From the IMG/VR virus record IMGVR_UViG_3300009117_000046, positions 1-37,863 of that record: a stretch of 37,863 nucleotides of DNA. One strand, written 5' to 3'. Of the stretch, positions 26,050 to 36,520 are shown piece by piece (positions within the stretch are counted from its first letter, which is position 1; every line of letters begins with the position of its first letter). A program made the translations under genes and the position numbers. Under the pieces are notes generated by a model that saw only the letters and a list, made by a program, of their open reading frames with translations, was not told the origin of the DNA and made no database searches. Source of the DNA: a virus. Taxonomy: Duplodnaviria > Caudoviricetes.

Positions 26050-27717
26050 ATGGCAAGAACTACATATGCTGAGATTTCCCACCGTCTGACGGATCCGACG
26101 GCCAAAACGGAAGCGGCATATTCCATGGATGATCTTATGGCATACTCCGATTTCGCCCGGATCAAGGACGAAAGTTTTGAGGCGGATAAAATAGCTACCT
26201 TTGAACATAATTGCTGGGTATTGGACGGCTCCATGTCCCTTGTCCCAGCCAACCCCACATATCTGGCTTGGGGGGTATGGTCCGATTCCCTTGCGGATGC
26301 CAACGGGGATTTCGCGGCCAATCCGCAGCTGGAGGCGACTTTTGCCAATGTGCATACCAGCGCGGGCATTACCTTCACCTTCGTGGGGGATTCGCATCCC
26401 CGGCAGGTAGTCATCTCCTGGTATTATGGCACGACCCTTCTGGCGGCGCAAACCTATACCGTAGACGCTATGAGCTATTTCGCCAAACGGGTTGTCGAGA
26501 ACTATAACAAAGTCAGCATCCAATTTATCGGCACGAGCGTGCCCCACCGGCGGATCAAAATAGCCGAGATCGATTATGGGCAAATCAAAACCTGGAGCCG
26601 CGATGCTCTGATCTCCGCCGCTATCCTGGAAGAAATCAACCTGACCAGCAGCGAGATATCCGTAAATACCTTAAGCTTTTCGGTGCATGATGGGGATGAT
26701 GATTTCAATATGCTCAATCCCTCCGGAGTATATGCCGCGCTGCAAAAGAAACAGGTCCTCACGGCTAGGGAATATGTAAACGGTTCTCTTGTCAAGATGG
26801 GTAAATTTTATCTCGACACCTGGAAAAACCCATCCGCCGCCATAGCTGATTTCGAGGCTTATGATGCGATGGGACTTTTTGATACTATCACTTATAAGAC
26901 AAGCTCTATGTGGTCGGGCGTGGCGGCGGGCACGGTTTTTGCCGGTATTTTTGCGGCGGCGGGCTGGACGGAATACAGCATTGAGACAGGCATTGCCAGT
27001 GAATTGGTGAGCGGTTACATACCTGTGGTGACGGTTAGGGAGGCTTTGCATCAATTATGCTTTGCCTTGCGCTGTTCCTGCATGCCTAACCGCGAGGGCG
27101 TGATCGAGATCAGGCGGCTGCCCTCTTCCTCCGCCGCCAAGGCCATAGAAAAATCGCAGAAATTCGGCAGCCAGAGCATCACGCAGAACTCGCTGGTCAA
27201 CAGCGTGGCGGTAACGGCTTACGCTTTTACGGCAGCGGCTTCAAGCAGTCAGCTTTACAGCACTACATTGGCGGCCGGGAGCTACGAGATAATATTCAGC
27301 CAGCCTGCCACGGGTCTGACTATCTCCGGCGGGACGATTACGGCCAGCGGCATAAACTATGCCAGGATAACCGTTCCGGCTGCCGGTACGGTCACGATAT
27401 CCGGTTATGCTTATGAAGCGAGCGAGGCTGTTTATACTTATGAGGCCTCCGGCTTGACGGATAATACAAGGTCACAGGCTACGGTTGACGGTATCTATCT
27501 TGTAAGCGGTAACAAAGCAGTAGCCTTGGCCCAATTCCTCTACGAGGATTACCGGCGGCGTATCGTGCAAAGTTTCTCATTAGCCTTGGAGGATGAAAAA
27601 GTGGGTGATAATGCAAACGTCGATACCATGCTGGGCACGCGCAAGAGCGGCGTCATTACCAAGCTGGATATTAATTTAACAGGCGGATTTATCGCGGATT
27701 GTGAGGTGAGGGGATGA
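26050..27717 (+). CDS. Tail tip/baseplate hub protein
   Basis: Synteny. EISVNTLSFSV, MGKFYLDTW, GYIPVVTVREALHQLCFA. Confidence 0.75.
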   Translation: MARTTYAEISHRLTDPTAKTEAAYSMDDLMAYSDFARIKDESFEADKIATFEHNCWVLDGSMSLVPANPTYLAWGVWSDSLADANGDFAANPQLEATFANVHTSAGITFTFVGDSHPRQVVISWYYGTTLLAAQTYTVDAMSYFAKRVVENYNKVSIQFIGTSVPHRRIKIAEIDYGQIKTWSRDALISAAILEEINLTSSEISVNTLSFSVHDGDDDFNMLNPSGVYAALQKKQVLTAREYVNGSLVKMGKFYLDTWKNPSAAIADFEAYDAMGLFDTITYKTSSMWSGVAAGTVFAGIFAAAGWTEYSIETGIASELVSGYIPVVTVREALHQLCFALRCSCMPNREGVIEIRRLPSSSAAKAIEKSQKFGSQSITQNSLVNSVAVTAYAFTAAASSSQLYSTTLAAGSYEIIFSQPATGLTISGGTITASGINYARITVPAAGTVTISGYAYEASEAVYTYEASGLTDNTRSQATVDGIYLVSGNKAVALAQFLYEDYRRRIVQSFSLALEDEKVGDNANVDTMLGTRKSGVITKLDINLTGGFIADCEVRG

Positions 27718-28187
27718 GCTGGACAATTCCTATTTATGATCGAACCGAGGCAGATACTGCTTATGCCAAGCAGCGCCCTGAGACGACAGAAGACCTCAAG
27801 GGCGCTTTTAATGTCGGCGATTATTACCGGATAGAAAACAATCTTGCCTATATCGCTGTAACAATAATGCCGCGGCTGGGCTATTTCCCGGCGTATACCG
27901 GCTTGCCGGATATAACTGAGGATGCATTTCCTTTGCTTGACAGCTTTAATATTATCGAAGCCGATCTGGCCGCGATCGAAGCTTGCGGCGTTTTCCTGCC
28001 GACAGGCTGGAGGGCTTCCAAGACCTGGGTCTTGGGCGGGGCAAAGCCAGATTATGAGGACGCTAACCGCTGGGAGCTGAATCCGTTTTTGATGTATGAA
28101 AAATGCCAAACCGTAAAAAAAACCTGGACCGGCTATAACTATGGCGGCAGCGGCAATATAAACCTTTTAAGGGGGTATAATTTATGA
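27714..28187 (+). CDS. Tail-tip associated protein
   Basis: WTIPIYDRT..D, KGAFNVGDYYRIENN, YEDANRWE. Coupled ATGA overlaps on both sides. Confidence 0.7.
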   Translation: MSWTIPIYDRTEADTAYAKQRPETTEDLKGAFNVGDYYRIENNLAYIAVTIMPRLGYFPAYTGLPDITEDAFPLLDSFNIIEADLAAIEACGVFLPTGWRASKTWVLGGAKPDYEDANRWELNPFLMYEKCQTVKKTWTGYNYGGSGNINLLRGYNL

Positions 28188-29584
28188 GTGATTTTCCAAG
28201 GCAATTTATCGATATCGATCCGGTCGACCCGACAAAAGTATATCGGTATAAAGAATTGGATTCGTCCGGAAACTGGACGGGTACGTATCGCTATTTTCAA
28301 TATGATCCCGGAGAACTGAATTCGACGCCTACAAGTCTGAACCGGGCCTGGATGCAGCCTGTTGAGGACGCTATCGATGATTTATATGCCAATATACCTA
28401 CTGTTAATTTTGTTGACTATTATAATATCGAACAGTACGTTGCGGAAACTGCTCCGACTGTATTAAGTGTCGCCAGGGGTTTTTTGGCATCATCTTTGTC
28501 GGGTGATGAATCATATGCTTTATTTGGGGGCGGTCAAAGTTCATCTTCTAGCCTCAGAACCGAAGTAGACGCATATAACACTTCTTTAGTACGTTCGACC
28601 CCGACGGCCTTGTCGGTGGCGCGCACGGCTCTTGCGGCAGATAAAAATGCCAATTATGCTTTATTTGGCGGCGGCCAGATATCGGGAGGGTACACAGGTG
28701 TCGTAGATGCTTATAATAACAGCTTAGTAAGATCAACTCCCACGGCCCTATCCTCGACGAAATATCTTTTAGCAGCGGCTCACACAGGTGATTATGTGCT
28801 TTTTGCCGGGGGCTATAACGGTAGCGATTTAGCCGCAGTTGATGCATACAACCTAAGCTTAGTCAAAACAACTCCGACCGCATTAAGCGTTGCAAGGTGG
28901 AGTGTATTGGGAGTATCTATTAATGGATATGCTCTATTTGGGGGAGGTTATGGAGCGGCATCGGTCAAAGGTACGGTTGATGCGTATAATTCTTCTTTGG
29001 TAAGAACTACGCCGTCTGTTTTTGAGAGGGCCAGATATAATCATAACGCTTGTGCTACTGATTCATATGCTATATTTGCCGGCGGTTACGACGGTGCCGT
29101 ATACGGGGTTTACGGTTGCGTGGAAGTATATAATGCTTCCCTGGTAAAACAAACTAGCCTTACGTTTAGCGGGGGAAATGTCTATAACGGCTATGGTACC
29201 GGAGCTTCAAGAAACGGAAACAAAATGCTCATGGCATTTCCTATGCCTTATGACATTAGGCATATTATGTATATCTTCTATGAAAATCTAACTCAGTCTC
29301 AGCGGACGTCAAGCTTTATGGATTGTTCCGGAATGCAAATGGCGCCTATCAATAACCGTGTTGTATGTGCCGGGAGTAGAAGGGATAGTACCGTTTATGC
29401 GACTGCTTACTCCTATATTTATCAATATAGCTCCAGTATTGACGTTCCACCCTGGTATAACTACAAATTTCATGATCATGCAAACGAGCAGTTTACGCGA
29501 GACGGCACAACTTTAGAATATACGGTAAAAGCTACCGGATATATAAAACCAGCAGTAAAAACATTAACAGGCTTAAATGCCTAA
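28184..29584 (+). CDS. Kelch-like beta-propeller repeat protein, candidate receptor-binding protein
   Basis: About five ~46-aa repeats YALFGGG...VDAYNxSLVRSTPTALSVAR. Confidence 0.75.
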   Translation: MSDFPRQFIDIDPVDPTKVYRYKELDSSGNWTGTYRYFQYDPGELNSTPTSLNRAWMQPVEDAIDDLYANIPTVNFVDYYNIEQYVAETAPTVLSVARGFLASSLSGDESYALFGGGQSSSSSLRTEVDAYNTSLVRSTPTALSVARTALAADKNANYALFGGGQISGGYTGVVDAYNNSLVRSTPTALSSTKYLLAAAHTGDYVLFAGGYNGSDLAAVDAYNLSLVKTTPTALSVARWSVLGVSINGYALFGGGYGAASVKGTVDAYNSSLVRTTPSVFERARYNHNACATDSYAIFAGGYDGAVYGVYGCVEVYNASLVKQTSLTFSGGNVYNGYGTGASRNGNKMLMAFPMPYDIRHIMYIFYENLTQSQRTSSFMDCSGMQMAPINNRVVCAGSRRDSTVYATAYSYIYQYSSSIDVPPWYNYKFHDHANEQFTRDGTTLEYTVKATGYIKPAVKTLTGLNA

Positions 29585-29602
29585 TTAAAGGAGGAGTAAG
29601 AA

Positions 29603-29926
29603 ATGATTAAGGCAGTAAAATGGACCCCTGATTGTTTGTATATGTATCCAAATGGGCACATAGCTTCTGGAGAAAAAATCAAGCAAGATTTTCCCGCTGT
29701 GGAGTATTTCACACATATCCTTCAAATTACGGGAGATAAAGTCTGCGGTGCGGTTCAAGAATTAAGCGCAATGCGTCATCATTACGGTATTGATGATGCT
29801 CTTACAGAGGATGAAGCTATTGAAGCTTTAGAAAGCTTAATAAATGCACCAGTTCCCGAACCGGATCCGACAGCCGAAGAACGTATTGCCGCGGCTCTTG
29901 AGTACCAAAATTTATTAAGTCTATAA
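29603..29926 (+). CDS. Fibre-associated chaperone-like (XkdW-position) protein
   Basis: RBS aggagga, C-terminal PTAEERIAAALEYQNL, precedes the XkdX gene. Confidence 0.65.
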   Translation: MIKAVKWTPDCLYMYPNGHIASGEKIKQDFPAVEYFTHILQITGDKVCGAVQELSAMRHHYGIDDALTEDEAIEALESLINAPVPEPDPTAEERIAAALEYQNLLSL

Positions 29927-29941
29927 GGGGAGGTTGTTCAA

Positions 29942-30079
29942 ATGACATATGAAATGATAAAGAAAAACTATGATCGTAAACTTTGGAACAAAGACATGGT
30001 CGCATTGGCGGTAAGCAAAGGAGTGATTACCCCCGGGCAGTATGCGGAAATCACCGGTGAAGCCTATCCGGCAAACTAG
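29942..30079 (+). CDS. XkdX-family small protein (45 aa, not in the ORF track)
   Basis: MTYEMIKKNYDRKLWNKDMVALAVSKGVITPGQYAEITGEAYPAN*. RBS ggagg. Confidence 0.88.
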   Translation: MTYEMIKKNYDRKLWNKDMVALAVSKGVITPGQYAEITGEAYPAN

Positions 30080-30106
30080 ATTTACCAATCAGATTCGCAA
30101 TTTAGC

Positions 30107-30129
30107 AAGGGCCTTAAAGGCTCTTTTTT
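30107..30129 (+). terminator. Terminator-like hairpin
   Basis: aagggcct-taa-aggctctttttt. Confidence 0.6.
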
Positions 30130-30147
30130 GTTGAGGGGGGTGCTTTT

Positions 30148-30468
30148 GTGTTTAGGATCAGCGGCAATGACATTGCCATAACCCGCGGCGATACGGCTAT
30201 ATTTGATTTTTCTCTGGAAGGATACACTTTGAATACCGGTGATACGGTCTATTTTACTGCCAAAAAGCAGGCCGGTAATACGGCTATCGTTTTGCAGAAG
30301 GTGATTAGCAGCTTTACGGATGGAATGGCAAAGATCGAGCTGACGGCGGACGATACGGATATCGAAGCCAGAAGCTATATTTACGACATCCAGTGCAATC
30401 TGGCCGACGGCCGGGTCGATACGGTTATCGGCCCGGCATGCTTCAAAGTTTTGGAGGGGGTAACATAA
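30148..30468 (+). CDS. BppU-N-like baseplate/fibre adaptor protein
   Basis: IAITRGDT, VYFTAKK, IELTADDT, YIYDIQ, VDTVI..FKVLEGVT. Confidence 0.75.
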   Translation: MFRISGNDIAITRGDTAIFDFSLEGYTLNTGDTVYFTAKKQAGNTAIVLQKVISSFTDGMAKIELTADDTDIEARSYIYDIQCNLADGRVDTVIGPACFKVLEGVT

Positions 30469-30845
30469 TGGGCGGTTTAACTGGTTCGATCAGCGGTAGG
30501 CAAAATTTCTCCGGCAATTCATCTATAGGCCGGGGGGCTTCGGCTTATGAGGTAGCGGTTGCCGAGGGATACACCGGAACGGAGGCCGAGTGGCTGGCAA
30601 GCCTCAAGGGAGAGAGAGGCGATAAAGGCGATAAGGGGGACAAGGGCGACGACGGCTTTTATACGCATAATCAAATAGCGGCATCATCTGCCTGGGTCAT
30701 AAATCATCTGTTAGGGAAATATCCCTCGGTCACGATAGAGGATTCCGCTGGGAATGTGGTCGTGGGAGATGTGCGTTATGAGTCCATAGATCGAGTAGTA
30801 GTAAATTTCTCGTGTGCTTTTTCCGGAACGGCACACCTTAATTAA
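30468..30845 (+). CDS. Short collagen-like fibre protein
   Basis: GASAYEVAV..GYTGTEAEWLASLKG, (GxK)n run, WVINHLLGKYPSVT. Start at ATG 30468. Confidence 0.78.
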   Translation: MGGLTGSISGRQNFSGNSSIGRGASAYEVAVAEGYTGTEAEWLASLKGERGDKGDKGDKGDDGFYTHNQIAASSAWVINHLLGKYPSVTIEDSAGNVVVGDVRYESIDRVVVNFSCAFSGTAHLN

Positions 30846-30862
30846 GAGGAGGTATATTGATT

Positions 30863-32158
30863 ATGAAAATAGTAACCAATGTGGATATGTTAAAAAATCA
30901 GATAATGAATTTGGTAGGGCATCTCCTGGGCACCGAGCCTTCCAATCCCGTGGAAGGCCAGGAGTATTATAATACTTTGACTCATAGAAAGTATTATTAT
31001 AACGGTACGGGCTGGATTGCCTGCGACGCCGCTGACGCGGCTATGGACGGATCCGATATTGTAACCGCTATCAATGCTTCGGAATCAATAATTGATAAAG
31101 ACAATCTGCCTGCAGACTTGCGAAATACATCGGGTGCCAATACAGGCGATGAAACTGTTACTACCTTGGGTACTAAAATAAATGGGGCTACTGCTAAAAC
31201 GACTCCCATAGATGCCGATATGATTGGAATCATGGATTCTGCCGCGTCCAATATTTTAAAAAAGCTTTCATGGGCAAATATAAAAGCAACTCTGAAAACT
31301 TACTTTGATACTGTTTACGTACCGCTTACCCGTACAGTCAACGGACATGCTTTATCTGCGGATGTTACAGTAACTGCTTCCGATGTCGGTCTGGGCAGTG
31401 TCACTAATAACGCCCAGGTCAAAAAAGCGGCGTCTTCCACAAATGGTTATATACCAAAATGGTCCGGGACATCCGGCGACGCTATCGTGGACGGCTATTC
31501 CGTAGAAACTACCTTGAGCGGCGGTTCTTCGGCTTTACCGCGGGCTGATGCGGTTAAAACATATGTTGACGCTTTGCTGGGCGCCAATGATGCGATGGTC
31601 TTTAAGGGAACTTTGGGGAGCGGCGGCACGATCACTGCTCTGCCTACCACTTACAGCGCGGGTTGGGCATACAAGGTTATAACTGCCGCTACTTACTCAG
31701 GTAAGGTTTGTGAAATCGGCGATCTAATCATCGCCATAGTGGACAGGGCCGGGAGCGGCAACCTGGATGCCGACTGGACTGTCGTTCAGAGCAATATCGA
31801 CGGGGCTGTGGTAGGACCTGCCTCCGCTACCGATGGGAACTTTCCTTTGTTCGACGGCGTTGGCGGCAAGATAATCAAAAATAGCTCCTACAGTCCTTCT
31901 TCTTTTGCAACGGCAGCACATAATCATGATGGTACCTACCCTAAAAAGTATTCAGCTGCTATTGGTAACGGTTCTGATACTTCCTTTACGCTCACCCATA
32001 ATCTTAACACGCGTGATTGTGTAGTTTGCATCCGTGAAACATCGGGTAATTATGAAGAAGTCTATGCGGATATGAAATTCCCGACCGTTAATAGCGTCAC
32101 CGTGGCCTTCGCCGCCGCGCCCACTTTTAATCAATACACTGTTACCGTGATTGGATAG
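30863..32158 (+). CDS. Tail fibre-like structural protein
   Basis: Gly/Ser/Thr-rich, RTVNGHALSADVT, C-terminal THNLNTRD H-type-lectin-like end. RBS gaggagg. Confidence 0.7.
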   Translation: MKIVTNVDMLKNQIMNLVGHLLGTEPSNPVEGQEYYNTLTHRKYYYNGTGWIACDAADAAMDGSDIVTAINASESIIDKDNLPADLRNTSGANTGDETVTTLGTKINGATAKTTPIDADMIGIMDSAASNILKKLSWANIKATLKTYFDTVYVPLTRTVNGHALSADVTVTASDVGLGSVTNNAQVKKAASSTNGYIPKWSGTSGDAIVDGYSVETTLSGGSSALPRADAVKTYVDALLGANDAMVFKGTLGSGGTITALPTTYSAGWAYKVITAATYSGKVCEIGDLIIAIVDRAGSGNLDADWTVVQSNIDGAVVGPASATDGNFPLFDGVGGKIIKNSSYSPSSFATAAHNHDGTYPKKYSAAIGNGSDTSFTLTHNLNTRDCVVCIRETSGNYEEVYADMKFPTVNSVTVAFAAAPTFNQYTVTVIG

Positions 32159-32166
32159 GTGATATT

Positions 32167-33969
32167 ATGAAATTTTTAAGCCTGCTTGAAGGAGGTTTTA
32201 TATCCGGTACGAGCAATACAGGCGCTGGAACTACCGCAAAAACAGTTACTATGGCAGACGTAGCATATATACCACGTGCTGGTGACTTCTTAGTCGTCAC
32301 CTTCACCAATGGAAATAGTGCTTCTGCTATGACTCTTGCAGTAAACGCGGATAGCGCGAGAAATATCAGATTCAATGGAGCAGATGCCAGTATTACAACC
32401 GCAACATTGAATGCGGGAGCAGTATTATTCCTGTATTTTGACGGTACTTATTATCAGATGATAGGATCGCAACGTACGACAGGCTTTGAACCCTATTTAA
32501 ACAAAATTGGAAGCGGTTTTTATTTGGATAATGGGTCAAACAGGCCGACTTTAGGAAATAATGCTGTAGATTTATCTTATAGCACTGATGGGATAAATGG
32601 CGCTATCGGGGATAATTCTTTTTGTGAAGGATTGCACACTTTAGCTAAAAATTCATGTTCTCATGCTGAGGGAGACCGTACAGCAGCTCTTACTCCAGCA
32701 GCACATGCAGAAGGCAAATATACTTTGGCTGCTCAAGGCACACTATATACTATTAATAACTATAATAATACTAACAAAACAATAACCTTAGATAAAGTCA
32801 GTGGCTTATCTATCGGAGATTTATTGCAGATTAAAATTTATGAAGGAGAAAACATTTATAATGTTCCTATAGCTAACATTAATGGTTTAACAGTAACACT
32901 AAATACCACGCAAACTATAAATGATTCCTGGATATATGCAATTAAACTATCTTCATATCAAATTCCTGTGCATGCAGAAGGACATAGTACAACAGCTTCT
33001 GGTAGTATGTCGCATGCAGAAGGAACACATACATTAGCAAGTGGACATTCTTCGCATGCAGAGGGAAGTGAAGTAGCAGCTAGAGGTTCATGTTCGCATG
33101 CAGAGGGAGATGGGACACTAGCACTTGGGCAAGCAGCGCACACAGAAGGTATGTATAATGTAGCAAGCGGAATGGCTTCACACGCAGAGGGATGGTTTAC
33201 TGAGGCGAGTGGAATAGGTTCACACGCTGCGGGGTATTACACTATTGCAGCAGGCCAAAACCAGACAGTAATAGGTTCATGTAATATACCTGATACTACA
33301 AGTTTGTTTATAATTGGCAATAGTAACGATGAAAACGAACATAGTAATGCCTTGACTGTAGATATGAGTGGAAATATGGTGTTGGCCGGGAATCTAACTG
33401 CTCCTAATGTATTAACTACTAATAATACTACTGAGTTTATTCCCGATTCTGACTATGAGCCTGCTACTAAGAAATATGTGGATGATAGGATGCCTGTCGG
33501 TGCGCTTCTTATATGGTCTAGTAATACTGCTCCTGGCGGATATTTGTTATGCGATGGCAGCGCAATCTCGCGTACTACTTATGCAGATTTGTTTGCGACA
33601 ATCGGAACGACTTATGGTTCTGGTAATGGAAGCTCTACATTCAATTTACCCAATTTAAAGGGCAAATTTCCCGTAGGCAGGGATTCTTCGCAAACTGAAT
33701 TTGATACTTTGGCTGAAACAGGTGGAGAAAAAACACATACGCTTACAGAATCGGAAATACCCGCCCATAGTCATACACTAAAGGCTTATTCTGATGGAGA
33801 TGGCGGGTACTCTACACCTACTTCACATATTTTAGCAGTTATTAGTAATGGTTGGGCCCCTGCTGCTGACGCCGATTCAAGCACCGCTCCGTCTAATACT
33901 ACTGGCGGTGGTGCGGCGCATAATAATTTACAGCCCTACATTGTGTTGAATTACATCATTAAATATTAG
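32167..33969 (+). CDS. Tail fibre with YadA-head/Hep-Hag-like 14-aa repeats and a C-terminal tail collar domain
   Basis: Repeats SHAEGxxTxASG. Collar MPVGALLIWS..PGGYLLCDGSAISRTTYADLFATIGTTYG..TFNLPNL..HNNLQPYIVLNYIIKY. Confidence 0.88.
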   Translation: MKFLSLLEGGFISGTSNTGAGTTAKTVTMADVAYIPRAGDFLVVTFTNGNSASAMTLAVNADSARNIRFNGADASITTATLNAGAVLFLYFDGTYYQMIGSQRTTGFEPYLNKIGSGFYLDNGSNRPTLGNNAVDLSYSTDGINGAIGDNSFCEGLHTLAKNSCSHAEGDRTAALTPAAHAEGKYTLAAQGTLYTINNYNNTNKTITLDKVSGLSIGDLLQIKIYEGENIYNVPIANINGLTVTLNTTQTINDSWIYAIKLSSYQIPVHAEGHSTTASGSMSHAEGTHTLASGHSSHAEGSEVAARGSCSHAEGDGTLALGQAAHTEGMYNVASGMASHAEGWFTEASGIGSHAAGYYTIAAGQNQTVIGSCNIPDTTSLFIIGNSNDENEHSNALTVDMSGNMVLAGNLTAPNVLTTNNTTEFIPDSDYEPATKKYVDDRMPVGALLIWSSNTAPGGYLLCDGSAISRTTYADLFATIGTTYGSGNGSSTFNLPNLKGKFPVGRDSSQTEFDTLAETGGEKTHTLTESEIPAHSHTLKAYSDGDGGYSTPTSHILAVISNGWAPAADADSSTAPSNTTGGGAAHNNLQPYIVLNYIIKY

Positions 33970-34189
33970 ATCATATCGGGCCGTAAGGCCTTATTTTTAT
34001 GAAAGAAAAGCGGTAAGGTCGTCTGTAAAAAGACCCTTTATTACGCTATTTGCACTCACCTCTACGGCAAGAAAGCCTTATTTTCCGCCTCCATTCCGGC
34101 GAAACTTACTTCGGAATGACACATAAGAATTGTCCCGCTTCATATAGTGGATTATGCGCCGGAGAGAAGGCCGCGTATAGGATGGTGGA

Positions 34190-35038
34190 ATGATGACTAC
34201 AGGATATTTCTTTGGGCACAGGGGATATAATGCTTTATTTCCCGAAAACACGCTTCTGGCTTTTCGCAAGGCTATTGAGGCGGGGGCCAACGGATTCGAA
34301 CTGGACGTGGCCAGGTCTGCCGACGGAGTGCTTTTTTGCATGCATGATGACAGCGTGGAGCGGACTACCAACGGCCAAGGAGAGTGCGCGGAACTGGATT
34401 GGGACTATATCCGCACTTTGGATGCTGGTTCGCACAAGAATGCGGCTTTTGCGGGGGAGAGGGTGCCTTCTTTAGAAGAGGTGCTGGACTATTTCAAAGA
34501 TGTGAACTGCTGGATACTGGTGGAGATCAAGAGTGGGTACGGGGATATCGCTTCCGAGGTGGCGGGGTTGATCACGGAAAAAGCGATGGAAGACCAGGTC
34601 CTGGTGCAGAGTTTTAACTGGGGTTATCTGGATACGGTCAAGGCCGTCAATCCTGCTATCCGCACCGGGCTGCTGGGAATGCGCGCTTCCTCAGCTCATG
34701 AAAGAGCTGTCTTTGGGGGGCATGATTTTATTTCTCTCAATTCCTTTAAACAGGCGGATGTGAGCGCGGCGCAGGCCGCGGGGCTGGAGACATTCGTCTG
34801 GACGGTCAACAGGGCCGATGAGATGCGGGATTATTTCGGACTTGGCGTAGACGGGATCATCGGCGACAATGTCCTCATGATGTCGGAGGCTGCCGAAGAA
34901 AACAACCTGTACCCATACTATCCTTTTGCCAGGCCGCTGCCGGTTTTCCGGCGGAAGGAGGAAGGCAAATGGCGAAGATTTTCTTTGAAGAAAAGCGCTG
35001 ATGGGCAATGGATGAAGCTGGAGCCGAGAACCGATTAA
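34190..35038 (+). CDS. Glycerophosphodiester phosphodiesterase (GDPD) family protein
   Basis: GHRG..PENTLLAF, FELDV..SADG..MHD..RTT, VEIK, QSF, VWTVN, GVDGIIGD. Confidence 0.92.
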   Translation: MMTTGYFFGHRGYNALFPENTLLAFRKAIEAGANGFELDVARSADGVLFCMHDDSVERTTNGQGECAELDWDYIRTLDAGSHKNAAFAGERVPSLEEVLDYFKDVNCWILVEIKSGYGDIASEVAGLITEKAMEDQVLVQSFNWGYLDTVKAVNPAIRTGLLGMRASSAHERAVFGGHDFISLNSFKQADVSAAQAAGLETFVWTVNRADEMRDYFGLGVDGIIGDNVLMMSEAAEENNLYPYYPFARPLPVFRRKEEGKWRRFSLKKSADGQWMKLEPRTD

Positions 35039-35046
35039 TGATTAGT

Positions 35047-35072
35047 AAAAAAGAGCCGGAAGGCTCTTTTTT
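35047..35072 (+). terminator. Intrinsic terminator after GDPD
   Basis: aaaaaagagcc-ggaa-ggctctttttt. Confidence 0.85.
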
Positions 35073-35470
35073 AGTTATTGAGGGGCTTCACGCCAAGCCG
35101 GAAGCTTATTCGCCGCCTTGCGAGGGAGCAAATACCCACCCCCTGCTACTCCCGTACTCGTCGGGAGTGAGAGGATGAAGGCTATCGGTGCGGGAGGGGG
35201 AAATATTGAGGTCAAGGGGGTCTTCGAACTTCTTAACACTCCCTAGTTTTATAAGGATGTACCTTTCGGCTGCTTTTATTTTTATGGGTTAAGAAGAGTA
35301 ATTTTTTGTTTTTGAACGGGGATAGGGGGAATTTAGTCCCCCAAGAAAAACCGCTCTCCCTTCCGCATAGGCCAAGAAGTTAATTGCACTTTGTTGTAAC
35401 GCGGGAGGGGGCAGGAAGATAATGGGCCGAGAAGCTCAGTTTTTGATGACTATGAGAGTGGGGTGTTGGT

Positions 35471-35767
35471 ATGACGGATGCGGTATCGCCGGAAGTTTGC
35501 AAGATACAACATAAGAACATCGAGAAGAATTTTCAGAAGATGGAGGACGATTACCGGGGGCTTTGTGGGGATGTATCCGACCTTTCCAAGCTTTGCGCGC
35601 AGCAGACGGTGATCCTGGAAAATGTTCTGAAGCTGATGGAGAGGCATGAGGCGGCCATCGAAGAGATCAAGGCCAAGCCTGCCCGCCGCTGGGATAGCAT
35701 CGTCAACACCCTTATCTCGGTAGCCATTGGAGCGGCCTTCGGGCTTTTTTTAGGTAAGAGGGGTTAG
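35471..35767 (+). CDS. Coiled-coil + C-terminal TM lysis-module protein (XhlA/holin-like)
   Basis: IEEIKAKPARRWDSIVNTLISVAIGAAFGLFL. Upstream of the endolysin. Confidence 0.7.
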   Translation: MTDAVSPEVCKIQHKNIEKNFQKMEDDYRGLCGDVSDLSKLCAQQTVILENVLKLMERHEAAIEEIKAKPARRWDSIVNTLISVAIGAAFGLFLGKRG

Positions 35768-35779
35768 GGGAGTGAGGAA

Positions 35780-36394
35780 ATGATCTGTCAATATCCGTAT
35801 CGTGCGGAAAAATACAAGATCACTGCGGTCTACGGCAAGGCTGGTTCCTGGGCCTGCGGCTGGCATCCGGGGACGGACTTTGTTGGGCTGGAATCAAAGC
35901 GTGTCTATCCTATCGCAGCGGGGACGGTCATCAAGGCTGTAAGGAATGACGCCAATTACGGAAATTATCTGCGCCTCCGGCATGTGGATGAGGACAGCAC
36001 GGTCTATATCAGTCATTACGCGCATTTGGCGAAGCTAGCGGCAGCGGTGGGGGATGAGGCAGGTTTGGACACCTTGCTGGGAATTGAGGGGGAGACGGGC
36101 AATGCCAGCGGGGTTCATCTGCATTTGGAATTGCACAGGGGATCGTGGAAGTACCCTTCCGGCTGCAGCGTGGCCCAGGCCAATTGGATACTTGATCCGG
36201 ACAAGTTTATATCGCTAAGATTGGAGGATGAGGAAGTGGCGGAAAAAAGATTTAATACGGTGGACGAGCTGCCTGCCTGGGCCCAAAAGCCTTTGCAAAA
36301 GCTGATCGACGAGGGTAAGCTGGCTGCGAGCGATAAGATGGATTTATCATTAGATATGGTGCGGCTCTTGGTCGTGATCTCGAGGCTGGTTTAA
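35780..36394 (+). CDS. Endolysin, M23 peptidase with C-terminal cell-wall-binding (SLH-like) segment
   Basis: HPGTDF (HxxxD), YGNY, YAHL, GETGNASGVHLHLE (HxH). C-terminal PAWAQKPLQKLIDEG..DLSLDMVRLLV. Confidence 0.9.
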   Translation: MICQYPYRAEKYKITAVYGKAGSWACGWHPGTDFVGLESKRVYPIAAGTVIKAVRNDANYGNYLRLRHVDEDSTVYISHYAHLAKLAAAVGDEAGLDTLLGIEGETGNASGVHLHLELHRGSWKYPSGCSVAQANWILDPDKFISLRLEDEEVAEKRFNTVDELPAWAQKPLQKLIDEGKLAASDKMDLSLDMVRLLVVISRLV

Positions 36395-36520
36395 TGTGGG
36401 GGAGGCGTTTGAAAATATTGATACGCCAACCGGCAGAAGACCGGGAAAAGACTGGGAATAGGCAAAGGCCTTATTCCTGGTGATTGTCTGAGGCTGTTTT
36501 TTATAAGGAAGGAGATTTAA

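Noticed and set aside
9066-26583. Long antisense or alternate-frame ORFs (for example 9066-9722, 10477-11229, 14410-15120, 24522-25208, 25770-26414)
   Set aside because: They are shadows of well-supported GC-rich genes on the opposite strand, with no RBS or motif support.
28184-33969. Diversity-generating retroelement or invertase shufflon acting on the fibre genes
   Set aside because: No reverse transcriptase or recombinase ORF, no TR/VR pair differing at adenines and no inverted fibre cassettes were seen. The repeats are ordinary protein repeats.
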